A stretch of DNA of 40,084 bases from a virus (IMGVR_UViG_3300020045_003004:1-40084); one strand, 5' to 3'; positions 9,442-18,612 are shown, numbered from the stretch's first letter. Numbers and translations: made by a program. The notes: generated from the letters alone by a model not told the origin.

Positions 9442-10133
9442 GTTGGTATGATACAATGTTTAGGAAAGACCCAGAATATTATTTGAAGAACGATAAAAAA
9501 GTACTTGGCATTAATATCTACAATGCTAAGAAGACTGGAGACCATATTAAGAAGTTTCACATCATCCATTATGTTTTCAAATACAAATTTCTCGTACCTT
9601 TGATATTACTCGGTAACAAGATACTTGGTAAACACATTGTTACAAAAGTTGATAATGAGAGTCATAATCGCAATCTTAAAATCTTTGATAAGAGTTTTGA
9701 ATCAGCTATTACCAAGTGGTGTACTCATTATAGACGTAACAGCGGACCTCAACATCTTCGTAAGAGCGATAAGTATTGGAAGAAGGTTGGGAAGAGAGAG
9801 ATACCACTTCGTAGTTTGAAGAATTATGTTTTAACGATGTGTATGTACGACACGGCTTATCGAGAGTTTTTAAACGTCTGGATGCACGAGAGTGCTAGAG
9901 CGATGGTCGATGAATATAGCAAGTATCCTAACAAAAGTACTGGACATTTGTTCTTTACAACAGATGTTTACGATGTCCATTATTATATACTAGAGAAGGC
10001 TATCAGGTACAATACAGAGATTGGAATATCGGATGCTAAGAAGTTGATTGATGATTATTACATTTACCAGGAGGCTTTACGAAATGCTAAACGAGCTGCT
10101 AAAAATAAAGTTGTATTGGAACCGGGCAAATAG
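9438..10133 (+). CDS. Hypothetical basic protein
   Basis: 231-aa ORF with no recognised motif. Confidence 0.7.
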   Translation: MSWYDTMFRKDPEYYLKNDKKVLGINIYNAKKTGDHIKKFHIIHYVFKYKFLVPLILLGNKILGKHIVTKVDNESHNRNLKIFDKSFESAITKWCTHYRRNSGPQHLRKSDKYWKKVGKREIPLRSLKNYVLTMCMYDTAYREFLNVWMHESARAMVDEYSKYPNKSTGHLFFTTDVYDVHYYILEKAIRYNTEIGISDAKKLIDDYYIYQEALRNAKRAAKNKVVLEPGK

Positions 10134-10371
10134 TCATTTGAGTTTACCACTCGGTATATTCGAGAAGGGAGCGTTGATGGTCTTATTATTAAAGACCTTC
10201 GGGGTTTATTCTCATTTACTAGCAATAACTATCATTTTAATATTAATAACGGCTTTCATAATCATTGGATGGGCTGATATAAGATATGGAATCTTTAGCA
10301 AAGAAACAAGTCTTTACAATCAGTACAATCCGGAGATACAAAAATTAGTAGGTGATAAAAAAAATGGATAA
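10084..10371 (+). CDS. Two-TM membrane protein
   Basis: Hydrophobic stretches ALMVLLL and LLAITIILILITAFIIIGW; GGAGG upstream of ATG 10084. Confidence 0.55.
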   Translation: MLNELLKIKLYWNRANSHLSLPLGIFEKGALMVLLLKTFGVYSHLLAITIILILITAFIIIGWADIRYGIFSKETSLYNQYNPEIQKLVGDKKNG

Positions 10372-10735
10372 GAAGATGGAATTTAAAAAATTAGCAAACG
10401 GTAAATGCGCATTCCTTAGTGGGAACGATGAAGTCGACAGAACAGAAGTTGTAAGCGTAGAATACGTTAAGAAACACTATCGAGAGATTGCGGATAAGAA
10501 GAACGAGAATCTTAACAACTTACAAAGCATTAATAAGAAGATTAAAGAGAATGCTGTAGAGATGGATGCTGAGATGGAGAAGTTTATAGAGATGGCTAAC
10601 AAGGCTAACAGATACGCTCAACATCAAAAAGACTTGGATGCTAGAGAGGGCATATTGAAAGTTTTAGGTATCATTGAAGATAGTATGAAACAGATAGAAA
10701 AGGTCTTGCCTGAAGTCAAGCGTCTTAAAAAATAA
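10364..10735 (+). CDS. Coiled-coil hypothetical protein
   Basis: SD AGGTGA then ATG 10364; heptad-like K/E-rich composition. Confidence 0.65.
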   Translation: MDKKMEFKKLANGKCAFLSGNDEVDRTEVVSVEYVKKHYREIADKKNENLNNLQSINKKIKENAVEMDAEMEKFIEMANKANRYAQHQKDLDAREGILKVLGIIEDSMKQIEKVLPEVKRLKK

Positions 10736-10751
10736 TGATATTTAAATACTT
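10735..10751 (+). promoter_or_regulatory. Late promoter motif, copy 1
   Basis: ATGATATTTAAATACTT, identical at 14569 and 23095; contains TATA box TTTAAATA. Confidence 0.75.
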
Positions 10752-10818
10752 TAAAAAACTTAGACATTACAAAAATGACGCCTTAACCAGGTTGATTTGT
10801 AATAATAGGTGATAAATC

Positions 10819-11139
10819 ATGGGAAATATTGGAAATACTAAAAACGATTACGAATTCTGGAGAAACAAGACTAGCGGGTTCACTGTATTAACAGGAGCAT
10901 ATACTGCAGTCGATACAAATATTAAAGCTGGTGATGGTATATTATCAGGTTTATTTATATCAAGTATAGGAACAGCACCAACTGTTAAGATATGGGATAG
11001 TTTAACTGCAACAGCGACTATCTTAATGGATACATGGACTCCTGTAGTTGGGCCAGTACTTTTACCAGAGACAAAGTTCAATACTGGATTAACAATCACA
11101 ATCGGTAAAACGAGCACTGTAACAGTGTTTTACAAATAA
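10819..11139 (+). CDS. Small beta-rich virion protein
   Basis: IKAGDGILSGL...VKIWDSLTA...FNTGLTI; first gene after the late promoter; SD AGGTGA. Confidence 0.6.
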   Translation: MGNIGNTKNDYEFWRNKTSGFTVLTGAYTAVDTNIKAGDGILSGLFISSIGTAPTVKIWDSLTATATILMDTWTPVVGPVLLPETKFNTGLTITIGKTSTVTVFYK

Positions 11140-11148
11140 ATCATTTTC

Positions 11149-13626
11149 ATGGGATTATTCAGCTTTTTAAAAGCAGACGTAAAGGAAAAGAAGACTGGGT
11201 CAGCGACAGCTCCAGGACCAATGGAACCTCCACAATCTGACGAGTTTAAAGCTTATATTCCTAACTTCTTATACAAACCACCATTTGGTTACCCACTAAA
11301 TAAAAACGTTCTACACCTAAAAGCTTTGGCTAAGAACCCGTTTATATTCTCTGTTATCAGAACTTTAAAAGATGAAGCTTCTACTTGCAAGTGGGAGATT
11401 AAACTTAAGAAAGAGTTTGCTAAAGAGAAGTTTGAAACCTCAGATTCTAAGAATACTTTAAAGGCATTCCCCCAAGAGCCTGAGCCAGTCAACGATTCTG
11501 AAAAAGATATTGTCAGAATTAGTAACTGGTTTTATAATCCTAACGGCAACGATGAAAGTTTTAGCGAGATTGTTGGTCAATGGGTCCAAGACCTATGTGA
11601 AGTTGATGCAGCAGTTGGAGTTAAGGTTTTCAATAAGAAGGGAGAGTTCAGTCAACTATTCGCTCGTGATGGTGGTAGTTTCTTAAAGAATCCAGATATT
11701 TATGGTTATATGGGGAGCAGAGATGAGATTGTTCATAGCATCAGAGACATGAATCCAAACATGACTATGCCTTATAAGATTAAGATTTATGGAGCTCAAT
11801 ATGCTGAGACAGCTGCTTATTTCCAATATGGTTGGACTGGTAATGCTTTACCAGTTCCTTTTGGTAGACGAGAGATTATGTACATGATGTCTAATCCAAG
11901 AACAGATTCTATTTATGGACGCTCACCACTTGAGGTTATCGAAGAAGTCTTGTTGACATTGATTTATGGTACTGCTTATAATAATGATTTCTATTTGAAT
12001 GGTAACATGCCGGACGGCATGGTAAACTTACAAGGCGCCGATAGTGATATTGCTAAAGCTTTCCAAGAACGTATGATGGGCAAGTTCAAAACATCAGATA
12101 CGTTACTTGGCAATTCTAGACGTCTTGGTCATCAATTCCCAGTTTATGGAGGACCAGATGCTAAGTTCATCCCATTCCAACTATCAAGTAAAGACATGGA
12201 GATTATCGAACAACAGAAATGGTTTACAAAATTAGTGTGGTCTTCATTTGGAGTAACGCCTGATGAGATGGGTTACACAGAAGATAGTAACAAAGCAGTT
12301 TCACAAACACAAACTGGTGTTCATAAAAGAAAGGCTTTAAAACCATTATTGAAAAAGATTGAGTATATGATTAATAATCAGTTGATGACTGAACTCGATA
12401 AAAGCGGTAAATACGAATTCGCATTTGAAGATTACGATGTTGATGAAGAACTTAAAAAAGCTCAATTATACCAACTACAAGTTAATGGTGGATGGAAAAC
12501 AGCACTAATGGTTGCAGAAGAAGAAGGTATTGATACTGCAAAACTTCAGAAACAACAGGTAGATGCTCAACTAAGCAATCCAGAGATGGGCGGCAAACCA
12601 TCATTGTTTGACCAAAAGAGAGACCCAAGCGTTAAACATAAATATATCAAAAGAGAAGGTTCTCCTGGTAATTACAGATACTTTTACAAAGATGGTTCAT
12701 CAAGTGGTAGTGGCTCAGGTTCTTCATCTGACAGTAAGTTTAGCAAATACGAAAATAAATATAACAATTACTTAAACGATTTATTAGCTGAGGGAATGTC
12801 TCCGAAGAAAGCTAAATCAGAAGCTATCGGACAAGTTGTCGATGAATATGGATTAGACCCATACGACGATGGAAAAGGAACCGAAGTAATTGATTATCTA
12901 ACAGGCAAAAGCAAATCTGGCTCTAAGAAGAAAGAAGTAGATAAAGAAGGTGTCCCTGATAAATATAAAGAGTTTATCAAGAGCGCTAAAGAGATTGAAA
13001 AAATGACACCAGATGAAGCAATGAAGCTATTTGAGAAACTCGATACAAAGCTTGAACAAGATACTTCAATAAGCAAGAAAGAGAGAGAAGCTATATTATC
13101 ATATATGGAGTTACTTGATGAAAAGGTTGGTGAAGGCTCTAAAGACAAGAAGACAAAAGAAGATTTTAATGCTCCTAAAGAATACAAGAGTTTAATGAAG
13201 GATGAAGAAGAACTAGCTAATATGTCTAACTCTAGACTCGCCGACCACTTCCAAAAGATTAGCGAAATGGTTGATAGCGACTCTTCATTAAGCGAATCTC
13301 AAAGAGAAGAAATCCTTTCATATATGGATTTAGTCGATAAATACTACGGTAAAGCACGGGACGAAGAGAAAGATAAACCAAAGGTTAAAGCTAAAGAATT
13401 TGTTAAAATGGAACTTGATGAGTTAATTAACGAGCATAAACGAGTTGTTAAAGTCTTAGAGGACAATCCTGAGGACAAGGTTGAATATGAAAAGCAAAAG
13501 AAAGAACTTGAAAAATACATCGAGAAAAAGAAAGCCGTCGGTGTTAAGGCTGAATCTGATGACGTTTCTAAATACTTTGAGAAGGTTAGGCAACATCTTC
13601 TAGACCAGATAGAAAAGGAGTATTAA
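11149..13626 (+). CDS. Portal protein with ~340-aa C-terminal extension
   Basis: NPRTDSIYGRSPLE, FYLNGNMPDG, SSFGVTPDEMG, ALKPLLKKIE are HK97-type portal motifs; position after TerL. Confidence 0.9.
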   Translation: MGLFSFLKADVKEKKTGSATAPGPMEPPQSDEFKAYIPNFLYKPPFGYPLNKNVLHLKALAKNPFIFSVIRTLKDEASTCKWEIKLKKEFAKEKFETSDSKNTLKAFPQEPEPVNDSEKDIVRISNWFYNPNGNDESFSEIVGQWVQDLCEVDAAVGVKVFNKKGEFSQLFARDGGSFLKNPDIYGYMGSRDEIVHSIRDMNPNMTMPYKIKIYGAQYAETAAYFQYGWTGNALPVPFGRREIMYMMSNPRTDSIYGRSPLEVIEEVLLTLIYGTAYNNDFYLNGNMPDGMVNLQGADSDIAKAFQERMMGKFKTSDTLLGNSRRLGHQFPVYGGPDAKFIPFQLSSKDMEIIEQQKWFTKLVWSSFGVTPDEMGYTEDSNKAVSQTQTGVHKRKALKPLLKKIEYMINNQLMTELDKSGKYEFAFEDYDVDEELKKAQLYQLQVNGGWKTALMVAEEEGIDTAKLQKQQVDAQLSNPEMGGKPSLFDQKRDPSVKHKYIKREGSPGNYRYFYKDGSSSGSGSGSSSDSKFSKYENKYNNYLNDLLAEGMSPKKAKSEAIGQVVDEYGLDPYDDGKGTEVIDYLTGKSKSGSKKKEVDKEGVPDKYKEFIKSAKEIEKMTPDEAMKLFEKLDTKLEQDTSISKKEREAILSYMELLDEKVGEGSKDKKTKEDFNAPKEYKSLMKDEEELANMSNSRLADHFQKISEMVDSDSSLSESQREEILSYMDLVDKYYGKARDEEKDKPKVKAKEFVKMELDELINEHKRVVKVLEDNPEDKVEYEKQKKELEKYIEKKKAVGVKAESDDVSKYFEKVRQHLLDQIEKEY

Positions 13627-13627
13627 A

Positions 13628-14572
13628 ATGGCTGAGAGTCGTTGGGTCACTCACCAAGGAAAACACATCTACATAGGAGATGATGTTATAGGTTCTTACG
13701 ATACAGATAAACAAGATAATCCAGCAACTAATCCATTACATCCTGATAAGATGAGTAAAGACGAAAAAGCTCGTTATGGCGACTGCGAGAAGATGGCTAA
13801 AGAATGGGTTAGTAAAAATGGTGGAGATGTTTATAGCGCTGGTAGTCATGCGATAGCTGTTAAGGAAGGTAAAGTTTACGATTACGTTCTAGGAATAGAA
13901 AACATGTCTACTGAAGAGTATAACAAAAAGGTTCCTTACCAGTTTATTAAATTAAAAGCTCTTCCAGAAATGAAGGCGGTTATTGAAGATATACTTGCTA
14001 AATATCTTAATTACATTGATGCTGATAATCTTAAGGATTTCGTCTTTGATATTGTTAAATCTAATTATCAAAAAGGTTTAGATGCTGGAGAGATTCAGTT
14101 TAACAGAAACTTCTTACCAAACTACGAGACATTAAGTTTTGTTCAGAAGTTCGCTTTCTCTAATGTTAAAGGATTAACCGAAGAATTGAAAGAGCAATTA
14201 CGTAAAGAGATGAGTATAGGATTGATGAATAGAGAAGGCATCGCTCAATTAAAACTTCGAATCATGGACGTCGTGGACACAAGTATTGCAAGAGCTGAAA
14301 TGATTACAAGAACAGAAACTAATCGAGCTTTCAACATGGGACACTTCCAAAGTGCTAAGGACAGTGGTTTGAATGTTTATAAGCAATGGAGTGCACAAAA
14401 TGAGAGAGTTAGTAAAAACGGCAATTTCGTACCTTGTCCACAATGTGAAGCTATGGACAGCGTTAGTATTGGCATGAATGAAAGATTTAGTTTTAGTGAT
14501 GGTCAGGAACTCCTGCTACCACCAAAACATCCACATTGTGCTTGCCGCGTTCTATACATTCAGAAAAAATGA
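13628..14572 (+). CDS. MuF/SPP1 gp7-like minor head protein with N-terminal extra domains
   Basis: RAEMITRTETNRAFN, KQW, CPQC, PPKHPHCAC. Confidence 0.9.
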   Translation: MAESRWVTHQGKHIYIGDDVIGSYDTDKQDNPATNPLHPDKMSKDEKARYGDCEKMAKEWVSKNGGDVYSAGSHAIAVKEGKVYDYVLGIENMSTEEYNKKVPYQFIKLKALPEMKAVIEDILAKYLNYIDADNLKDFVFDIVKSNYQKGLDAGEIQFNRNFLPNYETLSFVQKFAFSNVKGLTEELKEQLRKEMSIGLMNREGIAQLKLRIMDVVDTSIARAEMITRTETNRAFNMGHFQSAKDSGLNVYKQWSAQNERVSKNGNFVPCPQCEAMDSVSIGMNERFSFSDGQELLLPPKHPHCACRVLYIQKK

Positions 14573-14585
14573 TATTTAAATACTT
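14569..14585 (+). promoter_or_regulatory. Late promoter motif, copy 2
   Basis: ATGATATTTAAATACTT; TATA lies ~25 nt before ATG 14600, consistent with a leaderless mRNA. Confidence 0.75.
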
Positions 14586-14599
14586 CTAAATTCTTTAAT

Positions 14600-15622
14600 A
14601 TGGATATTATGGTAGACAATATCTTCAAGTACGAAATAAACGACGGATTCTTATGGAGTGAAGTCAATCTTAAAGGGGAAAAGAAGTATTATGTTGAGGG
14701 GTATGCTAGCACTATCGATGAGGATAAAGCAGGCGAGATACTCGACATGCAGGCTCAACAAGACATTCTAAACCAGATACAAAACGAAAACATCACCATG
14801 GATATTGAACATGGTGAATGGTATGATGAAGCCGGCAACATATTACAACGACCAAAGAATCAGAAGATACCAGTTGCTAAGATAGTATATGCAGAAATGC
14901 GACCAAAAGGAGTTTGGGTTAAAGCTCAGATAAACACTAATTTAGGGAGCTTTAATGAGGTTTGGGGAAGCATCAAAGATGGTTTCTTAAAAGCATTTAG
15001 TATCGCATTCTACCCAGTCAGAAAAGCTGGTAAAGTAATATCAAACTTAAACCTTGTAAACGTTACATTAACAGGTTCTCCTGTTAATCCAAACGCAACA
15101 TTTAACGTTAGTATGAAAAGCGCAGCAGCATGGATGGATTCACAAGAACAATTAAAAGCAGAGTTTAAACCAAAACTAGACAACCCAGCAGATACTCAAT
15201 CTGTAGATTCACAATCACCAAAAGCACCGGAGAGTCCGGAAACAAAATCGGAGGATACGAAAATGAAATGTAAAGACTGTGACAAAGAATTCGACTCTAA
15301 AGAACTTCTAGAAGACCATTACGAAAAATCGCATGGTAAAGAAGAGAAAGGAGATAAGAAAGAAGACAAAAAGGAGGAGCCTAAAATGAAAGCAGAAGAA
15401 GCAGTAATAACAGAACCAGTTGTAGATGTTAAAGCAGTTCATGAAGCAGAACTAAAAGCACTACAAGCAAAATATGACGAAGCAGTACTCGCTCATTCAG
15501 CAGAAGTTGCAAAACTAAAAGCTGAGTTAGAAAAACCAGTAATGAAAGCAGAAATAACAAAAGAAATGCCTAAGGCAGAACCAATGACTCAAATCGTTGC
15601 ACCATTAGGATTAATAAGATAA
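14600..15622 (+). CDS. HK97-family prohead protease fused to scaffold
   Basis: VEGYAST, DIEH, IKDGFLKAFSI, VTLTGSPVNPNA; C-terminal K/E/A-rich coiled coil containing a C2H2 motif. Confidence 0.9.
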   Translation: MDIMVDNIFKYEINDGFLWSEVNLKGEKKYYVEGYASTIDEDKAGEILDMQAQQDILNQIQNENITMDIEHGEWYDEAGNILQRPKNQKIPVAKIVYAEMRPKGVWVKAQINTNLGSFNEVWGSIKDGFLKAFSIAFYPVRKAGKVISNLNLVNVTLTGSPVNPNATFNVSMKSAAAWMDSQEQLKAEFKPKLDNPADTQSVDSQSPKAPESPETKSEDTKMKCKDCDKEFDSKELLEDHYEKSHGKEEKGDKKEDKKEEPKMKAEEAVITEPVVDVKAVHEAELKALQAKYDEAVLAHSAEVAKLKAELEKPVMKAEITKEMPKAEPMTQIVAPLGLIR

Positions 15623-15644
15623 AAAATAGGAGGATTGAATTTAA

Positions 15645-16769
15645 ATGGCACAAACAGGAAATTTCAGTGTTGACGCAGAAAGTGCATACGCGCAAACATT
15701 CGGAAACTTAAAAGCAGGAACAAGATATGCAGATGCAAGCTCAAAGATAGATTTAAGAGCAGAAGGTAATGTTTTACAAAACATGTACCAAGCAGGTCTT
15801 AAAGCAATGAACGTAGGTTCAATGAGTGCAGGTACACAAGATAAGGCAATAATCCCTATCTACCTAGACCCACAAATTATTGATACAAGCAGAAAATTCA
15901 CACCAGCAGTAGAAATAATCCCAAGAGTATCAAACATGGGAGTAACAGCTGAATGGACAACATTAAGCAAAGGAGCAGCTTTCACAGCAGTTGAAGATGC
16001 AGCACTTGCAGATGTTAACGACACATACACAAGAAACAGCAAAGTAATCAAATACTTATACGCTGTAGGAAGAATCACAGGACAAACACTAGCAGCAGTT
16101 CCATCATTTATGTTGATGGGTATAACAGCAAGTGGCGGAAATCCTGAAGGACAATTTGGAAATGCTTCAGCACCAAATGCAGTACAACTAGAAGTACTTG
16201 CAAAAACAAGAGAAATCAAAGAGCTTGAAGAAAACTTAATCTTCAACGGTAACGCAACAACATCAGCAATCTCAGGAAACCCTGACGGAACAGAATACAA
16301 CGGAATCGTTGCAACAATGAGCACAACAAACGCAGTTGTAAAATCAACAACAGCTTTGTCACTTGCAGATTTGAACACAGCAATCCAATACGCATTCGAC
16401 GACGGAGGAAGACCAAACGTAGCTTTCTGCAGTTCATCAGTTTACACTGATTTACTAGCACTTATCCAAGCAAAACTAGGATACTTGTCAGCAGAGAAAA
16501 ACGTATTCTGGGGATTCACAACATTAACATACAGAAGTATGGTTGGAGAAATACCAGTTATCCCAAGTATGTTCTTGAGCAACGTTTCAGGAAGCAAATG
16601 TATTTACTTCCTAGACCTTAGTGTTGTAGAAATGAGAGTCTTACAAGACTTAACATACGAAAAGCTAGCTAAAACTAACGACAGCGACAAGTTCTTCTTG
16701 AAAATATATGAAGTATTAATCATAAAGAACCCAAGCTTCTGCAGTTCAGTAACAGGCATTAGCGCTTAA
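15645..16769 (+). CDS. Major capsid protein (HK97 fold)
   Basis: Follows the protease; strong SD AGGAGG; ELEENLIFNG, EYNGI, IPVIPS, IYFLD, YEKLAKTNDSDKF; strong A-ending codon bias. Confidence 0.9.
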   Translation: MAQTGNFSVDAESAYAQTFGNLKAGTRYADASSKIDLRAEGNVLQNMYQAGLKAMNVGSMSAGTQDKAIIPIYLDPQIIDTSRKFTPAVEIIPRVSNMGVTAEWTTLSKGAAFTAVEDAALADVNDTYTRNSKVIKYLYAVGRITGQTLAAVPSFMLMGITASGGNPEGQFGNASAPNAVQLEVLAKTREIKELEENLIFNGNATTSAISGNPDGTEYNGIVATMSTTNAVVKSTTALSLADLNTAIQYAFDDGGRPNVAFCSSSVYTDLLALIQAKLGYLSAEKNVFWGFTTLTYRSMVGEIPVIPSMFLSNVSGSKCIYFLDLSVVEMRVLQDLTYEKLAKTNDSDKFFLKIYEVLIIKNPSFCSSVTGISA

Positions 16770-16790
16770 GTACGTAACCACGGATACAAA

Positions 16791-16817
16791 CTTTTTAAAT
16801 TCTTTTTTATATTTTTT
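16791..16817 (+). terminator. Oligo-T terminator-like tract after the capsid gene
   Basis: ctttttaaattcttttttatatttttt. Confidence 0.55.
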
Positions 16818-16831
16818 AGGAGGAAAACACA

Positions 16832-17095
16832 ATGACAAATGTAAACGCAGTAGTTAAAGAAATTGCACCACTCAGTGGAGCAACACTAGGCGGTTATAAG
16901 TTGGGCTGGTTAGTAGCTTCAGCGAAGGCAGCACAAAATGATACAGTAACAATCACTAATGCTTCTCTAATCGATACAGCCTTTCTTCAAATATCCGCAT
17001 CCGGAGCATCGGAAGCAAATACAATATCAACGAACGTAATCACGGCAACAAGTGCTACAACAGGTGACGTTCAAGGATTAATTATATACAAATAA
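16832..17095 (+). CDS. Putative capsid decoration protein, paralog A1
   Basis: EIAPLSGATLGGYKLGW...NTISTNVIT...GLIIYK, shared with the next gene. Confidence 0.65.
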   Translation: MTNVNAVVKEIAPLSGATLGGYKLGWLVASAKAAQNDTVTITNASLIDTAFLQISASGASEANTISTNVITATSATTGDVQGLIIYK

Positions 17096-17109
17096 ATGAG
17101 GAAACAATA

Positions 17110-17391
17110 ATGACAGCAACAAATGAAAACGTAACAGCAATCGAAATTGCACCACTTGGTGGAGCAACACTCGGCGGCTACAAACTTGGATGGATACCAG
17201 TAACATCAGGGTTTAAAGTATTACAAAACGACACAATAACAGTAAAGAATGCAACATTGGTAGATACAGCGTTCTTACAAATAAACTCAACAGGAGCAGC
17301 AGAAACCAATACTATCAGCACAAACGTAATAACTTTGACAAGCACAACAACAGGCAGTGCTGCTTTTAGAGGATTAATAATTTATAAATAG
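17110..17391 (+). CDS. Putative capsid decoration protein, paralog A2
   Basis: EIAPLGGATLGGYKLGW...NTISTNVIT...GLIIYK. Confidence 0.65.
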   Translation: MTATNENVTAIEIAPLGGATLGGYKLGWIPVTSGFKVLQNDTITVKNATLVDTAFLQINSTGAAETNTISTNVITLTSTTTGSAAFRGLIIYK

Positions 17392-17403
17392 GAGGATGAC
17401 AAT

Positions 17404-17721
17404 ATGACAGCAATAACAGAAGGAACCGATTATTTTGTCGGACAAGGTTTCCCTAACGAAGGATTCAAAACATTAGTCGTATCAACAGTTTCTACAGTAG
17501 ATACTGGAGACACATTAGAGGTTGATTTAACAGATTACGGCGCAGGAGCTATGATGGGAGTTATAGGATTTGTTCACACAACACAAAACAGTGTAATTGT
17601 TCAAGAACAACCAACAACAACTATGAGCGGCTTAACATTGACAATAACAGTAGGCGGTACAGGAGCAGATAACTTAGCAAGACACTTCTTGATATTTTTA
17701 GCTTCAACCGAAAACCCATAA
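17404..17721 (+). CDS. Putative capsid decoration protein, paralog B1
   Basis: TDYFV...TVDTGDT...GFVHTT...LTITV...NP; SD GGAGG. Confidence 0.65.
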   Translation: MTAITEGTDYFVGQGFPNEGFKTLVVSTVSTVDTGDTLEVDLTDYGAGAMMGVIGFVHTTQNSVIVQEQPTTTMSGLTLTITVGGTGADNLARHFLIFLASTENP

Positions 17722-17737
17722 GGAGGATTGAGATAAC

Positions 17738-18058
17738 ATGGCAACAGCAAGAGTAGAAACAACAGATTTCGTAATGAAGAGAGTATCTCCAATGGGCGGT
17801 ATTACTCAAGCAGTTATTAGATGTGCTGAGACAGTTGACGCAACAAACACAGTAGTTCAAACATTATCTAAACTAGGTATTGGACCAGCAGGGTTCATTG
17901 GATTAATAGCATTTGTCGAGACAACTAGCGGAAGCGTTTATGCGCAAGAAGCATGTACAACAGCAGTAAGTGCAGGAGTTTTAACAATAACTATTCCATC
18001 AGGTACTAGCAACGACAGAAGATTTATAATTGTCTACGGACATAGCGTAAACCCTTAA
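17738..18058 (+). CDS. Putative capsid decoration protein, paralog B2
   Basis: TVDAT...LSKLGIGPAG...TTAVSAGVLTIT...NP; SD GGAGG. Confidence 0.65.
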   Translation: MATARVETTDFVMKRVSPMGGITQAVIRCAETVDATNTVVQTLSKLGIGPAGFIGLIAFVETTSGSVYAQEACTTAVSAGVLTITIPSGTSNDRRFIIVYGHSVNP

Positions 18059-18071
18059 GGAGGATGACAAC

Positions 18072-18392
18072 ATGGCAGCATTAGTACTAGACACAGACTA
18101 CTTTGTTAAAGAAGTCAGTCCTAACGATAACATCGTCCAAGTAATGATTGTAACAAAAAATACTGTTGACGCAACAGACACAATTGAATTAACACTTTCA
18201 AAACTTGGTATTGGACCAGCAGGATTAATCGGAGTTTATGGTTGGAAACACACAACAGACAACAGCGTATCTGTTAAAGAATTCCCAACAACAGCAGTAA
18301 GTGCAGGAGTTTTAACAATTACAGTACCTTCAGGAACTGATAACGACCCTAGAATGTATATGATAATTGGTACATCAACTAATCCAGCGTAA
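18072..18392 (+). CDS. Putative capsid decoration protein, paralog B3
   Basis: Same motifs as B2; 32-bp exact DNA identity between 17957-17988 and 18288-18319. Confidence 0.65.
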   Translation: MAALVLDTDYFVKEVSPNDNIVQVMIVTKNTVDATDTIELTLSKLGIGPAGLIGVYGWKHTTDNSVSVKEFPTTAVSAGVLTITVPSGTDNDPRMYMIIGTSTNPA

Positions 18393-18397
18393 ACAAA

Positions 18398-18416
18398 TTT
18401 TTTTTATATTATTTTT
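18398..18416 (+). terminator. Oligo-T terminator-like tract
   Basis: ttttttttatattattttt after the paralog array. Confidence 0.55.
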
Positions 18417-18441
18417 ATAATTATTAGGAGGACGATTTACT

Positions 18442-18612
18442 ATGAGAAGCTTTATTGATAAAGACAAAAAGATTGCGTGGATATTTGATGAGTCAACACA
18501 CCCTAGCGGATTACTTTTTAAAAAAGACAAATCAGCAGTTGTTGCTGAAAAGGTTGTTGCTAAAGAAGAACCAGCACCAGCAAAGAAATCATATTTTGGA
18601 AAGAAGAAATAG
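18442..18612 (+). CDS. Small basic protein, 56 aa (not in track)
   Basis: SD AGGAGG; MRSFIDKDKK...EPAPAKKSYFGKKK*. Confidence 0.65.
   Translation: MRSFIDKDKKIAWIFDESTHPSGLLFKKDKSAVVAEKVVAKEEPAPAKKSYFGKKK

Noticed and set aside
16832-18392. Paralog repeats as DGR template/variable repeats
   Set aside because: No reverse transcriptase in the window, all copies are intact genes, and differences are not confined to adenines.
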